This document shows positions 8,607 through 17,745 of a stretch of DNA of 32,000 bases, one piece after another. The stretch comes from Formosa sp. Hel1_33_131. Its GTDB lineage: Bacteria; Bacteroidota; Bacteroidia; Flavobacteriales; Flavobacteriaceae. Made by a program: the position numbers and the translations under genes. The stretch's first letter is position 1, and every line of letters begins with the position of its first letter. The stretch spans positions 390,001-422,000 of the forward strand of contig NZ_CP017260.1 of assembly GCF_001735745.1 (NCBI RefSeq), in the 5' to 3' direction. The notes beneath the pieces were generated by a model. It saw only the letters and a list, made by a program, of their open reading frames with translations. It was not told the DNA's origin and searched no databases.

Positions 8607-9584
8607 ATGAGTCAACCCTCCTTTATAAAAGAACTGTCCATTCCAGCCATTGCGGCACCCATGTTTTTAATCTCCGGTCCAAAACTGGTCATTGAATGTT
8701 GTAAAAACGGAATTGTTGGAACCTTCCCAGCATTGAACCAACGCACCACAGAAGGCTTTGAGGAATGGTTGATTGAAATTAAAACAGCACTGGCGGATTT
8801 TGAAAAAAAAACAGGCACAAAACCCGCGCCTTATGGGGTGAATTTAATTGTGCATCAATCCAATCCACGCGTACAGGCGGATTTGGCTATTTGCGTGAAA
8901 CACCAAGTGCCTATTATTATTACGTCTTTAGGAGCCGTGCCTCAATTGGTCGATGCGATCCACAGTTATGGTGGTTTGGTCTTCCATGATGTGATCAAAA
9001 AACGCCATGCCGAAAAAGCTGCGGAAGCCAATGTGGATGGACTGATCGTCGTCGCTGCAGGTGCAGGAGGCCATGCAGGAACTCTCAACCCAATGCCTTT
9101 AGTGGCTGAAATTAAAAGCTTTTTCAAGAAAACAGTGATTCTGTCGGGTTGTATTAGTAACGGTCGTGACATCGCCTCTGCCATGCAAATGGGTGCCGAT
9201 GTTGCCTATATGGGAACTCGATTTATCAATACGAAAGAAAGTAAAGCCCCTAAAGAATATAGAGATATGATTATCTCCAGTGGCGCCAATGATGTGGTCT
9301 ATACGGCTGCAATCTCTGGAGTCGCAGCTAATTTCTTACGCCCGAGTATGGAAGCCATGGGCATTACCGAAGAAATGCTCAGTCAGCAAAAGAAAATCGA
9401 TTTTGGAAAAGAACTCACCGCTCATGAAAATGAAGCGAAAGCTTGGGCAACCATCTGGTCTGCTGGACAAGGTGTGACCAGTATTCATGATTCACCATCT
9501 GTTGCGGAACTGGTAGCGAGCATGAAAACGGAGTTTACAGAAGCCATCAAAGCCCAATACAAACTTTTAGAAACCTATAAATAG
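8607..9584 (+). CDS. Nitronate monooxygenase / NPD-family FMN oxidoreductase (FabK-like)
   Basis: 325 aa, with IPAIAAPMFLISGPKLV near the N-terminus and VVAAGAGGHAGT in a TIM-barrel NMO-like pattern. Confidence 0.8.
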   Translation: MSQPSFIKELSIPAIAAPMFLISGPKLVIECCKNGIVGTFPALNQRTTEGFEEWLIEIKTALADFEKKTGTKPAPYGVNLIVHQSNPRVQADLAICVKHQVPIIITSLGAVPQLVDAIHSYGGLVFHDVIKKRHAEKAAEANVDGLIVVAAGAGGHAGTLNPMPLVAEIKSFFKKTVILSGCISNGRDIASAMQMGADVAYMGTRFINTKESKAPKEYRDMIISSGANDVVYTAAISGVAANFLRPSMEAMGITEEMLSQQKKIDFGKELTAHENEAKAWATIWSAGQGVTSIHDSPSVAELVASMKTEFTEAIKAQYKLLETYK

Positions 9585-9589
9585 AACTC

Positions 9590-9832
9590 CTAATCGTCCA
9601 CTTTGACGCGCTGGCCTCTTGTCGGTTTTAATGCAGTTTTAATTACCTCTAAATTCTGTTTATCAATGATGGCATAGGTATAGTGGTGTACTTCATTGAC
9701 GGACTCCACTCCTGATTCTATGAGGAGTAATTTTTCGGATGCAAAAAATTCTAATAAGTGAATCTTAAAATGAGCCGCAGTGTGTGGGCTTGCAGGACCT
9801 CTGAAATCCCAAATAAGTTTAATTTTTTCCAT
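9590..9832 (-). CDS. Small conserved hypothetical protein (80 aa)
   Basis: The ORF lies 20 nt downstream of the LysE-family gene on the same strand and has no shadowing gene opposite. The sequence MEKIKLIWDFRGPASPHTAAHFKIHLLEFF... resembles small hypothetical proteins I recall from flavobacterial genomes (from memory, not verified). Confidence 0.55.
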   Translation of the reverse strand: MEKIKLIWDFRGPASPHTAAHFKIHLLEFFASEKLLLIESGVESVNEVHHYTYAIIDKQNLEVIKTALKPTRGQRVKVDD

Positions 9833-9852
9833 CTGTTAATTTATGGTTGAAG

Positions 9853-10473
9853 CTATTGTGTGATTAATATAAAAATTGCAATGCCTAAAAAGACGGTTAT
9901 TTGCGCCCATTTTAATACAACCCCAAAACGTGTATTTGACTTTAAGGCAGAACCTACTGAACTTGAGAAAAATACAAGCATTGAAAAGATTAAAAAGGAG
10001 GTTGTCATAAATAAAAATCCAAGGGTGTAAAACTGAACCACTAAAGACTGGGTTTTACTGTATAAAAATGCAGGGAAAAAGGCCATAAAAAATATGGAGA
10101 CTTTTGGATTGATTACATTCATGATAAACCCCTGCTTAAACAACGTAACTACCGATTTACTTTTAGTGGCTGTGTTTGTATTTATGACCGCCGGTGATGT
10201 GAAAACACGGTAGGCTAGAAAGAGCATATACCCTGCTCCCATCAGTTTTAAAATAAGAAGTAATTCTGCGTTTGATTTTATAAAAGAAGACAGCCCAAAA
10301 GCGACTAAGCTGGTATGAATGATACAGCCCGATATCAGTCCGCAGACAATGGCCATGCCTTGTTTTTTGCCATAGGTCATACTCTGAATAAGTACAAAAA
10401 TATTATCGGGCCCAGGAGATAGTGCCAAGGTCGCTGTGGCAATTATAAACGAGATGAGAATTTCAGTATCCAA
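9853..10473 (-). CDS. LysE/RhtB family amino-acid efflux translocator
   Basis: 206-aa polytopic membrane protein with the N-terminal LALSPGPDN motif typical of LysE/RhtB. It starts 1 nt after the pyrD stop. Confidence 0.85.
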   Translation of the reverse strand: MDTEILISFIIATATLALSPGPDNIFVLIQSMTYGKKQGMAIVCGLISGCIIHTSLVAFGLSSFIKSNAELLLILKLMGAGYMLFLAYRVFTSPAVINTNTATKSKSVVTLFKQGFIMNVINPKVSIFFMAFFPAFLYSKTQSLVVQFYTLGFLFMTTSFLIFSMLVFFSSSVGSALKSNTRFGVVLKWAQITVFLGIAIFILITQ

Positions 10474-10474
10474 A

Positions 10475-11518
10475 CTAATTTTTGAGAGATGATTTCAAAA
10501 TCGCTTTGTTAATGCGCTTGACAAGAGCGGGACCTTCGTAAATGAAGCCCGTATAAATTTGAACTAAATCGGCACCAGCAGCTATTTTATCCAAAGCATC
10601 TTGTGCGGAGTGAATCCCTCCTACTCCAATAATTGGAAATGCTTTTTGACTTTTTTCGGACAAATATTTAATGACTTGAGTGCTCTTTTCTTTGATGGGT
10701 TGACCGCTGACACCACCGTTTCCAATGGCTTCCAACCTCGCAACATCGGTTTTGAGGTTTTCTCTAGAAATAGAGGTATTCGAAGCAATGACGCCTTCCA
10801 ATTTAGTCACGGCTACAAGCTCTATAATTTCATCCAATTGGGTGTCGTTCAAGTCGGGTGCTATTTTTAAAAGGATCGGTTTAGACCCCTCAAAAGTGGC
10901 GTTTAATGCTTGCACCGCTTTTATCAATTCCTCTAAATAATCTTTGTCATTCAGCTTGGCATGGCTCCCAACATTAGGACAACTGACATTCAATACAAAG
11001 TAATCGACATAAGGATGTAAGGCTTCAAAACACTCTAAGTAATCAGCCGTATATCCATCAGAAGGCGTTTGGGTATTTTTACCAATATTCCCTCCTATAA
11101 TGAGTTGTTTTTTGTTTTTCTTTAACTGTACAATCGCCGCTTCCAAACCGGCATTATTAAAGCCCATTCGGTTGATAATTCCTTTATCCTCTTGAAGCCT
11201 AAACAAACGTTGTTTCGGATTGCCTTCTTGTGGTTTTGGGGTAACGGTTCCAATTTCAATAAATCCAAATCCAAAATTTGCAAGCTCGTTATAAAGCACG
11301 GCATTTTTATCAAATCCAGCCGCAAGTCCCACCGGGTTTTTAAAGCGGAGCCCGAACAATTCGCGTTCCAAAACAGGGTGATTGACTTGAAAAAGACGTC
11401 GGATTAAAAAAGGAATTCCAGGGATTTTAGATAACAGTTTGATGGCATCAAACGTGAAATAATGAACGACTTCAGGGTCAAATTTAAAAAGAATTGGACG
11501 GATAATCGATTTGTACAT
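10475..11518 (-). CDS. pyrD: Dihydroorotate dehydrogenase (quinone), class 2
   Basis: 347 aa with [42 protein letters not shown] and GGVSG motifs. Confidence 0.93.
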   Translation of the reverse strand: MYKSIIRPILFKFDPEVVHYFTFDAIKLLSKIPGIPFLIRRLFQVNHPVLERELFGLRFKNPVGLAAGFDKNAVLYNELANFGFGFIEIGTVTPKPQEGNPKQRLFRLQEDKGIINRMGFNNAGLEAAIVQLKKNKKQLIIGGNIGKNTQTPSDGYTADYLECFEALHPYVDYFVLNVSCPNVGSHAKLNDKDYLEELIKAVQALNATFEGSKPILLKIAPDLNDTQLDEIIELVAVTKLEGVIASNTSISRENLKTDVARLEAIGNGGVSGQPIKEKSTQVIKYLSEKSQKAFPIIGVGGIHSAQDALDKIAAGADLVQIYTGFIYEGPALVKRINKAILKSSLKN

Positions 11519-11535
11519 GAAGCGTATTTTGAGTG

Positions 11536-11543
11536 CAAAAATA
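11536..11543 (-). promoter_or_regulatory. -7 box TATTTTTG for pyrD
   Basis: Exact TAnnTTTG match on the minus strand, 18 nt upstream of the pyrD ATG (11518). The predicted leader is about 11 nt. Confidence 0.5.
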
Positions 11544-11605
11544 CATTAAATAGACACAATATAAAAGAAAGCAAGCGAACTCTTGTGTTTGAAGGCTGGG
11601 TTAAT

Positions 11606-11613
11606 TATTTTTG
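11606..11613 (+). promoter_or_regulatory. -7 box TATTTTTG for pepT
   Basis: Exact TAnnTTTG match 18 nt upstream of the ATG at 11631, with a TTG 20 nt upstream at 11583..11585. The box lies inside the track's N-terminal extension, which argues for the 11631 start. Confidence 0.5.
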
Positions 11614-11630
11614 ACCAAAGACAAAATTAT

Positions 11631-12872
11631 ATGTTAGATAAAAATCACATTCTGAATCGATTTATTGGCTATGTGAAAATAGACACCGAGAGCGATCCAA
11701 ATTCCATGTCAACCCCGAGTACCGAAAAGCAATGGGACTTGGCACATAAACTGGCGGACGAATTGAAAGCGATTGGAATGCAAGACGTTTCTATAGATGC
11801 GAATGCTTACATCATGGCGACCTTGCCATCCAATGTTGCGCACAAAGTACCAACCATCGGATTTGTATCTCATTTTGACACTTCTCCAGATTTCACTGCT
11901 AAAAATGTGAGTCCTCAAATCATAGAAAATTATGATGGATCGGACATTGTCTTAAACGAAAAAGAAAACATCGTTTTATCGCCCAATTATTTTGAAGATT
12001 TATTACTCTACAAAGGACAAACGTTGATCACAACAGATGGCACAACGCTTTTAGGAGCGGATGACAAAGCTGGGATTTGTGAAATTGTGAGTGCGATGGA
12101 ATACCTTGTTCAGCATCCTGAAATAAAGCATGGCACAATTAAAGTTGGCTTTACTCCCGACGAAGAAATTGGACGTGGCGCACATAAATTTGATGTCAAA
12201 AAATTTGGAGCCGATTGGGCTTACACCATGGACGGCAGTCAAATTGGGGAACTCGAATACGAGAATTTTAATGCAGCCGGTGCCGTCATCAAAGTAAAAG
12301 GTAAAATTGTACACCCGGGTTATGCCAAAGGCAAAATGATCAATTCGATGTACTATGCTTCTAAGTTTATGGAGGCACTTCCAAAAACGGAAACTCCAGA
12401 ACAAACGGAAGGTTACGAAGGTTTTTATCATTTACACAGCATGGAAGGCAAGGTAGAGGAAACCGTTTTACAATACATTGTAAGAGATCACGATCGAGAT
12501 AAATTTGAAGCTCGAAAACAACACATGCTTAATTTGGTAAAAGAACTCAATACAAACTTGGGAAGTAGTGTTTTTGAAATCGAAATTAAGGATCAGTATT
12601 TTAATATGAAAGAAATGGTGGTGCCTGTGATGCACATTGTTGACATCGCTGAAGACGCTATGAAAGCACTAAACATCCAACCGTTAATCAAACCAATTAG
12701 AGGGGGTACAGACGGCTCACAATTGAGTTTTATGGGACTGCCCTGCCCGAATATCTTTGCAGGAGGACATAACTTTCACGGGCGTTATGAATATGTACCT
12801 TTGGAAAGTATTTTGAGTGCAACCGAGGTTATTTGTAAAATAGCCGATCTGACTCAAAAACGTTATCTATAA
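11631..12872 (+). CDS. pepT: Peptidase T (tripeptide aminopeptidase, M20B)
   Basis: The track ORF 11583..12872 begins at a TTG. The conserved PepT N-terminus [22 protein letters not shown] starts at the ATG at 11631 (413 aa). Motifs include HFDT, GADDKAG, TPDEEIG and GGTDG. Confidence 0.92.
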   Translation: MLDKNHILNRFIGYVKIDTESDPNSMSTPSTEKQWDLAHKLADELKAIGMQDVSIDANAYIMATLPSNVAHKVPTIGFVSHFDTSPDFTAKNVSPQIIENYDGSDIVLNEKENIVLSPNYFEDLLLYKGQTLITTDGTTLLGADDKAGICEIVSAMEYLVQHPEIKHGTIKVGFTPDEEIGRGAHKFDVKKFGADWAYTMDGSQIGELEYENFNAAGAVIKVKGKIVHPGYAKGKMINSMYYASKFMEALPKTETPEQTEGYEGFYHLHSMEGKVEETVLQYIVRDHDRDKFEARKQHMLNLVKELNTNLGSSVFEIEIKDQYFNMKEMVVPVMHIVDIAEDAMKALNIQPLIKPIRGGTDGSQLSFMGLPCPNIFAGGHNFHGRYEYVPLESILSATEVICKIADLTQKRYL

Positions 12873-12880
12873 AAAAACGT

Positions 12881-12950
12881 ATCTGAAATCAATCTGAACC
12901 TGCCTACCGTCAGGAAATCCTGCCCATCGGTAGGCAGGTTTATTTCAGAT
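12881..12950. terminator. Nested GC-rich hairpin between convergent pepT and yajC; probable bidirectional intrinsic terminator
   Basis: The inner stem is a perfect 13 bp: aacctgcctaccg (12897..12909) with cggtaggcaggtt (12928..12940), and an 18-nt loop. The outer arms are a perfect 9 bp: atctgaaat (12881..12889) with atttcagat (12942..12950). On the plus strand the structure is followed by tttattt. On the minus strand it is followed by acgttttttt (complement of 12871..12880). Confidence 0.7.
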
Positions 12951-12969
12951 TCTGAAACAAGTTCAGAAT
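12949..12969. repeat. Second hairpin attctgaa-acaag-ttcagaat adjacent to the nested palindrome
   Basis: Perfect 8-bp arms at 12949..12956 and 12962..12969. It overlaps the outer arm of the first structure by 2 nt. Confidence 0.6.
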
Positions 12970-13006
12970 GACAGAAATTCTACTTTTTAGACGACCTCTT
13001 TGATTG

Positions 13007-13300
13007 TTATTTTTTTACTGGAGGCGGTGTATTAAGTTTTTGACTCATTTCCATCGAAATGGCTGAACGGTCAAATTTAATTTTACCTGCTGAGGTTTCA
13101 ATGACACAAGAATTGTCTTTATCATTCAATTCGGCAATCTTACCATGCATTCCACTTTTAGTAATTACTTTGTTTCCTTTTTTAAGCTCTGCTGCAAATG
13201 CTTTTTCTTTTTTAGCACGCTTCATTTGAGGCGCAATCATAAAGAAATAGACTATTACAGCCATTAAAATAAAGGGGGCAAATTCACCAAGACCTTCCAT
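13007..13300 (-). CDS. yajC: Preprotein translocase subunit YajC
   Basis: 97 aa with a single TM segment and then FFMIAPQMKRAKKEKAF...GNKVITKSGMHGKI. Confidence 0.92.
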   Translation of the reverse strand: MEGLGEFAPFILMAVIVYFFMIAPQMKRAKKEKAFAAELKKGNKVITKSGMHGKIAELNDKDNSCVIETSAGKIKFDRSAISMEMSQKLNTPPPVKK

Positions 13301-13323
13301 ATCGTATTATTGTATTGTTGTTA

Positions 13324-13818
13324 TTATTGTATATTAAGTGGTTTGTTCGCAGGAGTTTTCACAGGTGCATTTGGATCTGGAGTGATAAATGCTGAAATTC
13401 TTACTTGCTCATTTCCTTTTTCTGTATTGGTAGTCAACGTAATTGTTTTAGAAATTTTATTGGCACCTTTCCCGTTAAACTTAACAGTAAACTGAGACGA
13501 TGCTCCTGGCATTAAAGGTTCTTTACTCCACCCTTGAGGCACCGTACATCCACAAGTACTTTTGATGTTTGTAACTACTAGAGGAGATTTTCCTGTATTT
13601 GTGTAAGAAAACACAGTTTCAACAGGCGTTCCATTCATGATTTGACCGAAATCGTATTCCGTTTTGTCAAATGAGATGGTTGGAAAAACAATCGCTTGAG
13701 CGTCTCTTTCGGCCGCTTTGGTAACATTTTCTTGGTTTATTTTTTCTGTTGCGTTTTCTTTACAAGAAGTAAAAACAACAAGGCTGGCTACGGTTAGAGT
13801 TAAAATTAATTTTTTCAT
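13324..13818 (-). CDS. DUF1573 domain-containing protein (secreted/lipoprotein)
   Basis: 164 aa with signal plus Cys (LVVFTSC) and the DUF1573 core FSYTNTGKSPLVVTNIKSTCGCTVPQGWSKEPLMPG. The conserved nusB-DUF1573-yajC gene order is present. Confidence 0.85.
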   Translation of the reverse strand: MKKLILTLTVASLVVFTSCKENATEKINQENVTKAAERDAQAIVFPTISFDKTEYDFGQIMNGTPVETVFSYTNTGKSPLVVTNIKSTCGCTVPQGWSKEPLMPGASSQFTVKFNGKGANKISKTITLTTNTEKGNEQVRISAFITPDPNAPVKTPANKPLNIQ

Positions 13819-13890
13819 GTTTGATATTTAATGGTTAATAATTCTATTTGATTCTCAAAATAAAACGAGGGTATAAATGTAATTAAAAAT

Positions 13891-14835
13891 TTACATTAAT
13901 CCACGCCCTATCTTATTTAAGGTTTTATTTTCACTATACTCCTTCACAATTTTGTCTAAAACACCATTTATAAAGACATTACTCTTAGGTGTTGAATATT
14001 CTTTCGCTATTTCGATGTATTCATTAATAGAAACTTTAGTTGGGATGGATGGAAATTCGTGAAACTCACAAATAGCCATCTGAAGCAGTACAAAATCAAT
14101 ATCCGCTATACGATCCTTGTCCCAGTTTTTAGTTTTTAAACTAATTTCTTCCGTGTAAGGTTCAAAATTTTTGATGGTATGTTTCAATAAACTTATGCCA
14201 AACTGTTTATCCTCCTCATCCTTGAACAACTTTGGAGTGAAATAGTCTTCATAATTTTCTTCCTTAGATTTATTAAGAAGTTTCACCAAAGCTGTATTCA
14301 CCACAGGTAAATCATCAATCCAAGTTAGGTTTCGATCTTCGAGATAATTATATAATTTTTCATTGGGCGCAATCACTTCTTTAAACAACTCTACTATAAA
14401 CTGACGGTCTTTGTTGTAATTAGTCGATTCTACTGCCATATAATTTGCAAAACGGTCACTTTCAAGAATGGCTCTAAAGATCACTTCTACATACTCATTG
14501 TCCAATTCCCAATTGGTCACTTTATGACGTTCGAGTGCGTTCTTTAAGTATTGGTTTTCAGACAACTGAACCAATAATTCATTTTTGACAAACTTCATAT
14601 TGGGGTTTAAATCCTCAGAAGTTAAAAGGTGTTTTTGTTGAGATTTCTCTTGCTGGTCTTTTGCTTTTTCATGCACTTTAACAAGTAGAGACAGCATGAG
14701 CAAATAAAGATCATACATATTATCCATACTTAATTTGAGGAATTTTTCTTCAGAAGTCAAGTTCAGTTCCTCTGATCTTTTGAGGGCGTAAATCACTTGC
14801 ATTACTTTGGTTCGAATATGTCTTCTGTTCAGCAT
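13891..14835 (-). CDS. nusB: Transcription antitermination factor NusB (long Bacteroidota form)
   Basis: 314 aa with N-terminus MLNRRHIRTKVMQVIYAL and a C-terminal NusB core (...INEYIEIAKEYSTPKSNVFINGVLDKI). Confidence 0.9.
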   Translation of the reverse strand: MLNRRHIRTKVMQVIYALKRSEELNLTSEEKFLKLSMDNMYDLYLLMLSLLVKVHEKAKDQQEKSQQKHLLTSEDLNPNMKFVKNELLVQLSENQYLKNALERHKVTNWELDNEYVEVIFRAILESDRFANYMAVESTNYNKDRQFIVELFKEVIAPNEKLYNYLEDRNLTWIDDLPVVNTALVKLLNKSKEENYEDYFTPKLFKDEEDKQFGISLLKHTIKNFEPYTEEISLKTKNWDKDRIADIDFVLLQMAICEFHEFPSIPTKVSINEYIEIAKEYSTPKSNVFINGVLDKIVKEYSENKTLNKIGRGLM

Positions 14836-14872
14836 GGTATAAAGAACTTATTGGTTAAATAAAATTGCTCGA

Positions 14873-14880
14873 CAAAAATA
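14873..14880 (-). promoter_or_regulatory. -7 box TATTTTTG for nusB
   Basis: Exact TAnnTTTG match on the minus strand, 38 nt upstream of the nusB ATG (14835). Confidence 0.45.
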
Positions 14881-14948
14881 GTATTAATTTGCTTCTAAAA
14901 ATCCAAAAAAACATTTTTTTACGCAATGTCTTTTTTGCTTAAAACAAG

Positions 14949-14956
14949 TATCTTTG
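14949..14956 (+). promoter_or_regulatory. -7 box TATCTTTG for the ABC exporter gene
   Basis: Exact TAnnTTTG match 43 nt upstream of the ATG at 14999. It sits inside an imperfect hairpin whose arms are ttgcttaa (14934..14941) and ttaagcaa (14961..14968). Confidence 0.4.
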
Positions 14957-14998
14957 TAACTTAAGCAAAAGCCCTCGTTATGGGCTATAAATGATTAC

Positions 14999-16753
14999 AT
15001 GAACGAGCTCAAGTATTTAAATAAATATTTTTTAAAATATCGATATCGAATTATTTTGGGCATTCTTATCACCATTGGCTCTAAAATATTTGCACTCTTC
15101 ACCCCCCAACTTATTGGAAAATCCATTACATTAATTTCAGATCAGATTACAAACCCCAGCAGTACGGAAATATTCAGATATGAAATAAGTTTAAATATTT
15201 TATACATTTTTGGAGCCGCAACCGCCACCGGAATATTCACTTTTTTGATGCGTCAAACCATTATAAATGTGTCGCGTTACGTCGAGTTTGATTTGAAAAA
15301 CGAAATTTACAACCATTACCAACAACTTTCCATCGCTTTTTATAAACGCAACCGCACAGGAGACTTGATGAGTCGAATTAGTGAAGACGTGAGTAAAGTC
15401 CGAATGTACATTGGACCAGCGGTTATGTACACCATCAATACCTTAACGCTTTTTATTGTGGCGTTGTTTTATATGTACAACCAATCGCCTACCCTGACGC
15501 TTTACACCATATTGCCACTGCCATTGTTATCCGTTTCAATATACTTTTTAAGTAAATTTATACACAAACAAAGTACCATTGTACAGTCGCATCTATCCAC
15601 ACTATCCTCCTCTACACAAGAGTTTTTTAGTGGAATTTGGATTACAAAAGCGTATGCACTGGAAACACAAACAGAAGAAACGTTTTCGGAACTTGCAAAT
15701 TCTCAACGCAAAAAACGACTGGGGTTATCAAAAATACAAGCTGTTTTTTTTCCTTTAATGTTACTTCTTATTGGAGCCAGTAATTTGTTGGTTATTTATA
15801 TCGGTGGTAAACAATACATGAATGGACAAATTGAGGAAATCGGAATCATTGCCGAATTTATTATTTATGTGAACATGCTCACATGGCCAGTGGCTTCCAT
15901 TGGATGGGTCACCTCCTTAGTGCAAGAAGCCGAAGCATCACAAAAACGGATTAATGAATTTTTGAAGGAAACGCCGAGCATCGTCAATCCTACTGAAACA
16001 AAGACTCCTATAGATGGAAACGTTGTTTTTAAAGACGTGTATTTCACTTATGAAGACACCAATATCGAAGCCTTAAAAGGCGTAAGTTTTGAAGTTGAAA
16101 AAGGAAAAACACTCGCCATCATTGGAAATACAGGTTCTGGAAAATCGACCATTCTTGAGTTAATCGGACGCTTATACGATGTTCAAAAGGGAGCTGTTGA
16201 AATTGATGGTGCTAACATAAAAACACTAAACCTAAACAACTTAAGAACTGCGATTGGATTTGTACCCCAAGACCCCTTTTTGTTTTCAGATACTTTAAAA
16301 AACAATATCAAGTTTGGAAAAAATAAGGCTACGGATGCCGAAGTTATAGAGGCCGCTAAAAAAGCAGTGGTTCACAAAAATATCATCAATTTCAAAAATG
16401 GATATGATACCATTTTAGGAGAGCGAGGGATCACATTATCAGGAGGCCAAAAACAACGTGTTTCTATTGCACGAGCTTTTATTAAAAGCCCTCAAATTCT
16501 TCTTTTAGACGATTGTCTTTCTGCGGTGGATACGGAAACTGAGGAGCAAATCCTAAACAATATTGAGTTGGTGACAAAAAACAAGACGACCATTATTGTG
16601 AGTCATCGTATTTCTTCTGCTAAAAATGCTGATACCATTATCGTTCTAAATGATGGAATTATCGCCCAACAAGGTACGCACGACGCTCTTATTAGTGTTG
16701 AAGGATATTACAAAGAACTTTATCAAAAACAATTGCGAGAAACTTCTCATTAA
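14999..16753 (+). CDS. ABC transporter permease/ATP-binding fusion (MsbA/multidrug exporter type)
   Basis: 584 aa with an N-terminal six-TM-type domain, then Walker A GNTGSGKST, signature LSGGQKQR and Walker B ILLLDD. Confidence 0.9.
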   Translation: MNELKYLNKYFLKYRYRIILGILITIGSKIFALFTPQLIGKSITLISDQITNPSSTEIFRYEISLNILYIFGAATATGIFTFLMRQTIINVSRYVEFDLKNEIYNHYQQLSIAFYKRNRTGDLMSRISEDVSKVRMYIGPAVMYTINTLTLFIVALFYMYNQSPTLTLYTILPLPLLSVSIYFLSKFIHKQSTIVQSHLSTLSSSTQEFFSGIWITKAYALETQTEETFSELANSQRKKRLGLSKIQAVFFPLMLLLIGASNLLVIYIGGKQYMNGQIEEIGIIAEFIIYVNMLTWPVASIGWVTSLVQEAEASQKRINEFLKETPSIVNPTETKTPIDGNVVFKDVYFTYEDTNIEALKGVSFEVEKGKTLAIIGNTGSGKSTILELIGRLYDVQKGAVEIDGANIKTLNLNNLRTAIGFVPQDPFLFSDTLKNNIKFGKNKATDAEVIEAAKKAVVHKNIINFKNGYDTILGERGITLSGGQKQRVSIARAFIKSPQILLLDDCLSAVDTETEEQILNNIELVTKNKTTIIVSHRISSAKNADTIIVLNDGIIAQQGTHDALISVEGYYKELYQKQLRETSH

Positions 16754-16885
16754 TTTCTATTAATAAAAAAACGTTCATTTCTCGAAAATAAAATCAAAAA
16801 TTAGTTGGTGTCTTAATTTATTTTTTGGACTTTTGATTGTAATAACAGCTACTAATAATAGCTCATTATCATTGATACTAAAGAT

Positions 16886-17245
16886 ATGGAACAAGAAGAA
16901 ATTTACTCAAAAGTTTTAAGAGCTGGAAGACGCACCTACTTTTTTGATGTGAGAGCCACGAAGGCGGGCGACTATTATTTAACCGTCACAGAGAGTAAAA
17001 AGTTTACAAATGACGATGGCTCCTTTCATTATAAGAAACATAAAATTTACTTATACAAAGAAGATTTCAAAGAGTTCAATGCGATTTTAAATGAAATGAC
17101 CGATTATATTGTCAATGAAAAAGGACAAGAAGTTATAAGCGAGCGTCACCAAAAAGATTACGTTAAAGAAGAATTTCCATCTGAAGACTCAAAAGATGAA
17201 GCGTCAGCTGACAGCTTTACAGATGTTAGTTTTGATGACATTTAA
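16886..17245 (+). CDS. PUR-alpha-like nucleic-acid-binding protein (DUF3276 family)
   Basis: 119 aa. The sequence VLRAGRRTYFFDVRATKAGDYYLTVTESKK... is typical of bacterial PUR-repeat proteins. It has an acidic C-terminal tail. Confidence 0.75.
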   Translation: MEQEEIYSKVLRAGRRTYFFDVRATKAGDYYLTVTESKKFTNDDGSFHYKKHKIYLYKEDFKEFNAILNEMTDYIVNEKGQEVISERHQKDYVKEEFPSEDSKDEASADSFTDVSFDDI

Positions 17246-17264
17246 TTATTAAAAAATCAACTAT

Positions 17265-17292
17265 AAACCGTTACTATGTAGCGGTTTTTTTT
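17265..17292 (+). terminator. Rho-independent terminator after the PUR-like gene
   Basis: A 10-bp stem pairs aaaccgttac with gtagcggttt (one G-U pair) around the loop tat, followed by ttttt. Confidence 0.75.
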
Positions 17293-17310
17293 GTGAAAAA
17301 AAGTGACGAA

Positions 17311-17652
17311 TTATCGAATTGGCGTCCCATTAGGCACCTGCTCTTCTGGAGATAATAAGATGACTTTTTCAGAATCTACAGCTCCAATCACCAGACACTG
17401 ACTCCTAAAATTAGCTATTTGTTTTTCGGCAAAATTGACATTGGCTACAATCTGTCTGTCCAACAAATCTTCTTTGGAATATAAAGCCGTAATCTGTGCA
17501 GATGTTTTTTTGATCCCTAAATCCCCAAAATCAATGGTCAATTGGTAAGCAGGTTTTCTGGCTTTTGGAAAGTCATTCACTTCAATTACAGTACCCACTC
17601 TTAGGTCAATTTTAGAAAAGTCTTCAAATGTAATGGTCTCACTCATATCCAT
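17311..17652 (-). CDS. tRNA-binding domain protein (CsaA/YgjH, EMAP-fold)
   Basis: 113 aa. The sequence DLRVGTVIEVNDFPKARKPAYQLTIDFGDLGIKKTSAQIT is the classic CsaA/tRNA-binding OB-fold pattern. The true start may be the ATG at 17646. Confidence 0.85.
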   Translation of the reverse strand: MDMSETITFEDFSKIDLRVGTVIEVNDFPKARKPAYQLTIDFGDLGIKKTSAQITALYSKEDLLDRQIVANVNFAEKQIANFRSQCLVIGAVDSEKVILLSPEEQVPNGTPIR

Positions 17653-17720
17653 GCTGTTTTATCAAAGCTTGAAGATATCAATTTTACAGTAATTTGTAGA
17701 CACAAACATTCAAATCTTTA

Positions 17721-17728
17721 TATATTTG
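17721..17728 (+). promoter_or_regulatory. -7 box TATATTTG for the thioredoxin-fold gene
   Basis: Exact TAnnTTTG match 18 nt upstream of the ATG at 17746. Confidence 0.45.
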
Positions 17729-17745
17729 ATAAAAATCAACGTCTA

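Noticed and set aside
11583-11630. N-terminal extensions in the track for pepT (11583), the TPR/Trx-like protein (18236) and the RAYT (25061)
   Set aside because: The extensions start at TTG or at an upstream ATG. They overlap a predicted promoter (pepT) or the preceding gene (18236..18306), and they precede much better conserved-looking N-termini or signal peptides at internal ATGs.
6688-14860. The motif attggtta(a) (AACCAAT on the coding strand) shared by the collar leader (6688..6717), the Crp-like leader (7419..7434) and others, as a specific operator of the Crp-like regulator
   Set aside because: The same motif also occurs in the leader of the housekeeping nusB gene (14850..14860), and a variant (atggttaa) occurs upstream of the DUF1573 gene. 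It is therefore more likely a general AT-rich leader feature than a locus-specific operator. Only the exact 11-bp tandem repeat is kept as a finding.
14934-14992. Hairpins upstream of the ABC exporter (ttgcttaa...ttaagcaa at 14934..14968; agccc-tcgttat-gggct at about 14970..14986) as a riboswitch or attenuator
   Set aside because: The stems are short and AT-rich or only 5 bp. The first overlaps the predicted -7 box, so most of it would not be transcribed. I recognise no conserved riboswitch core.
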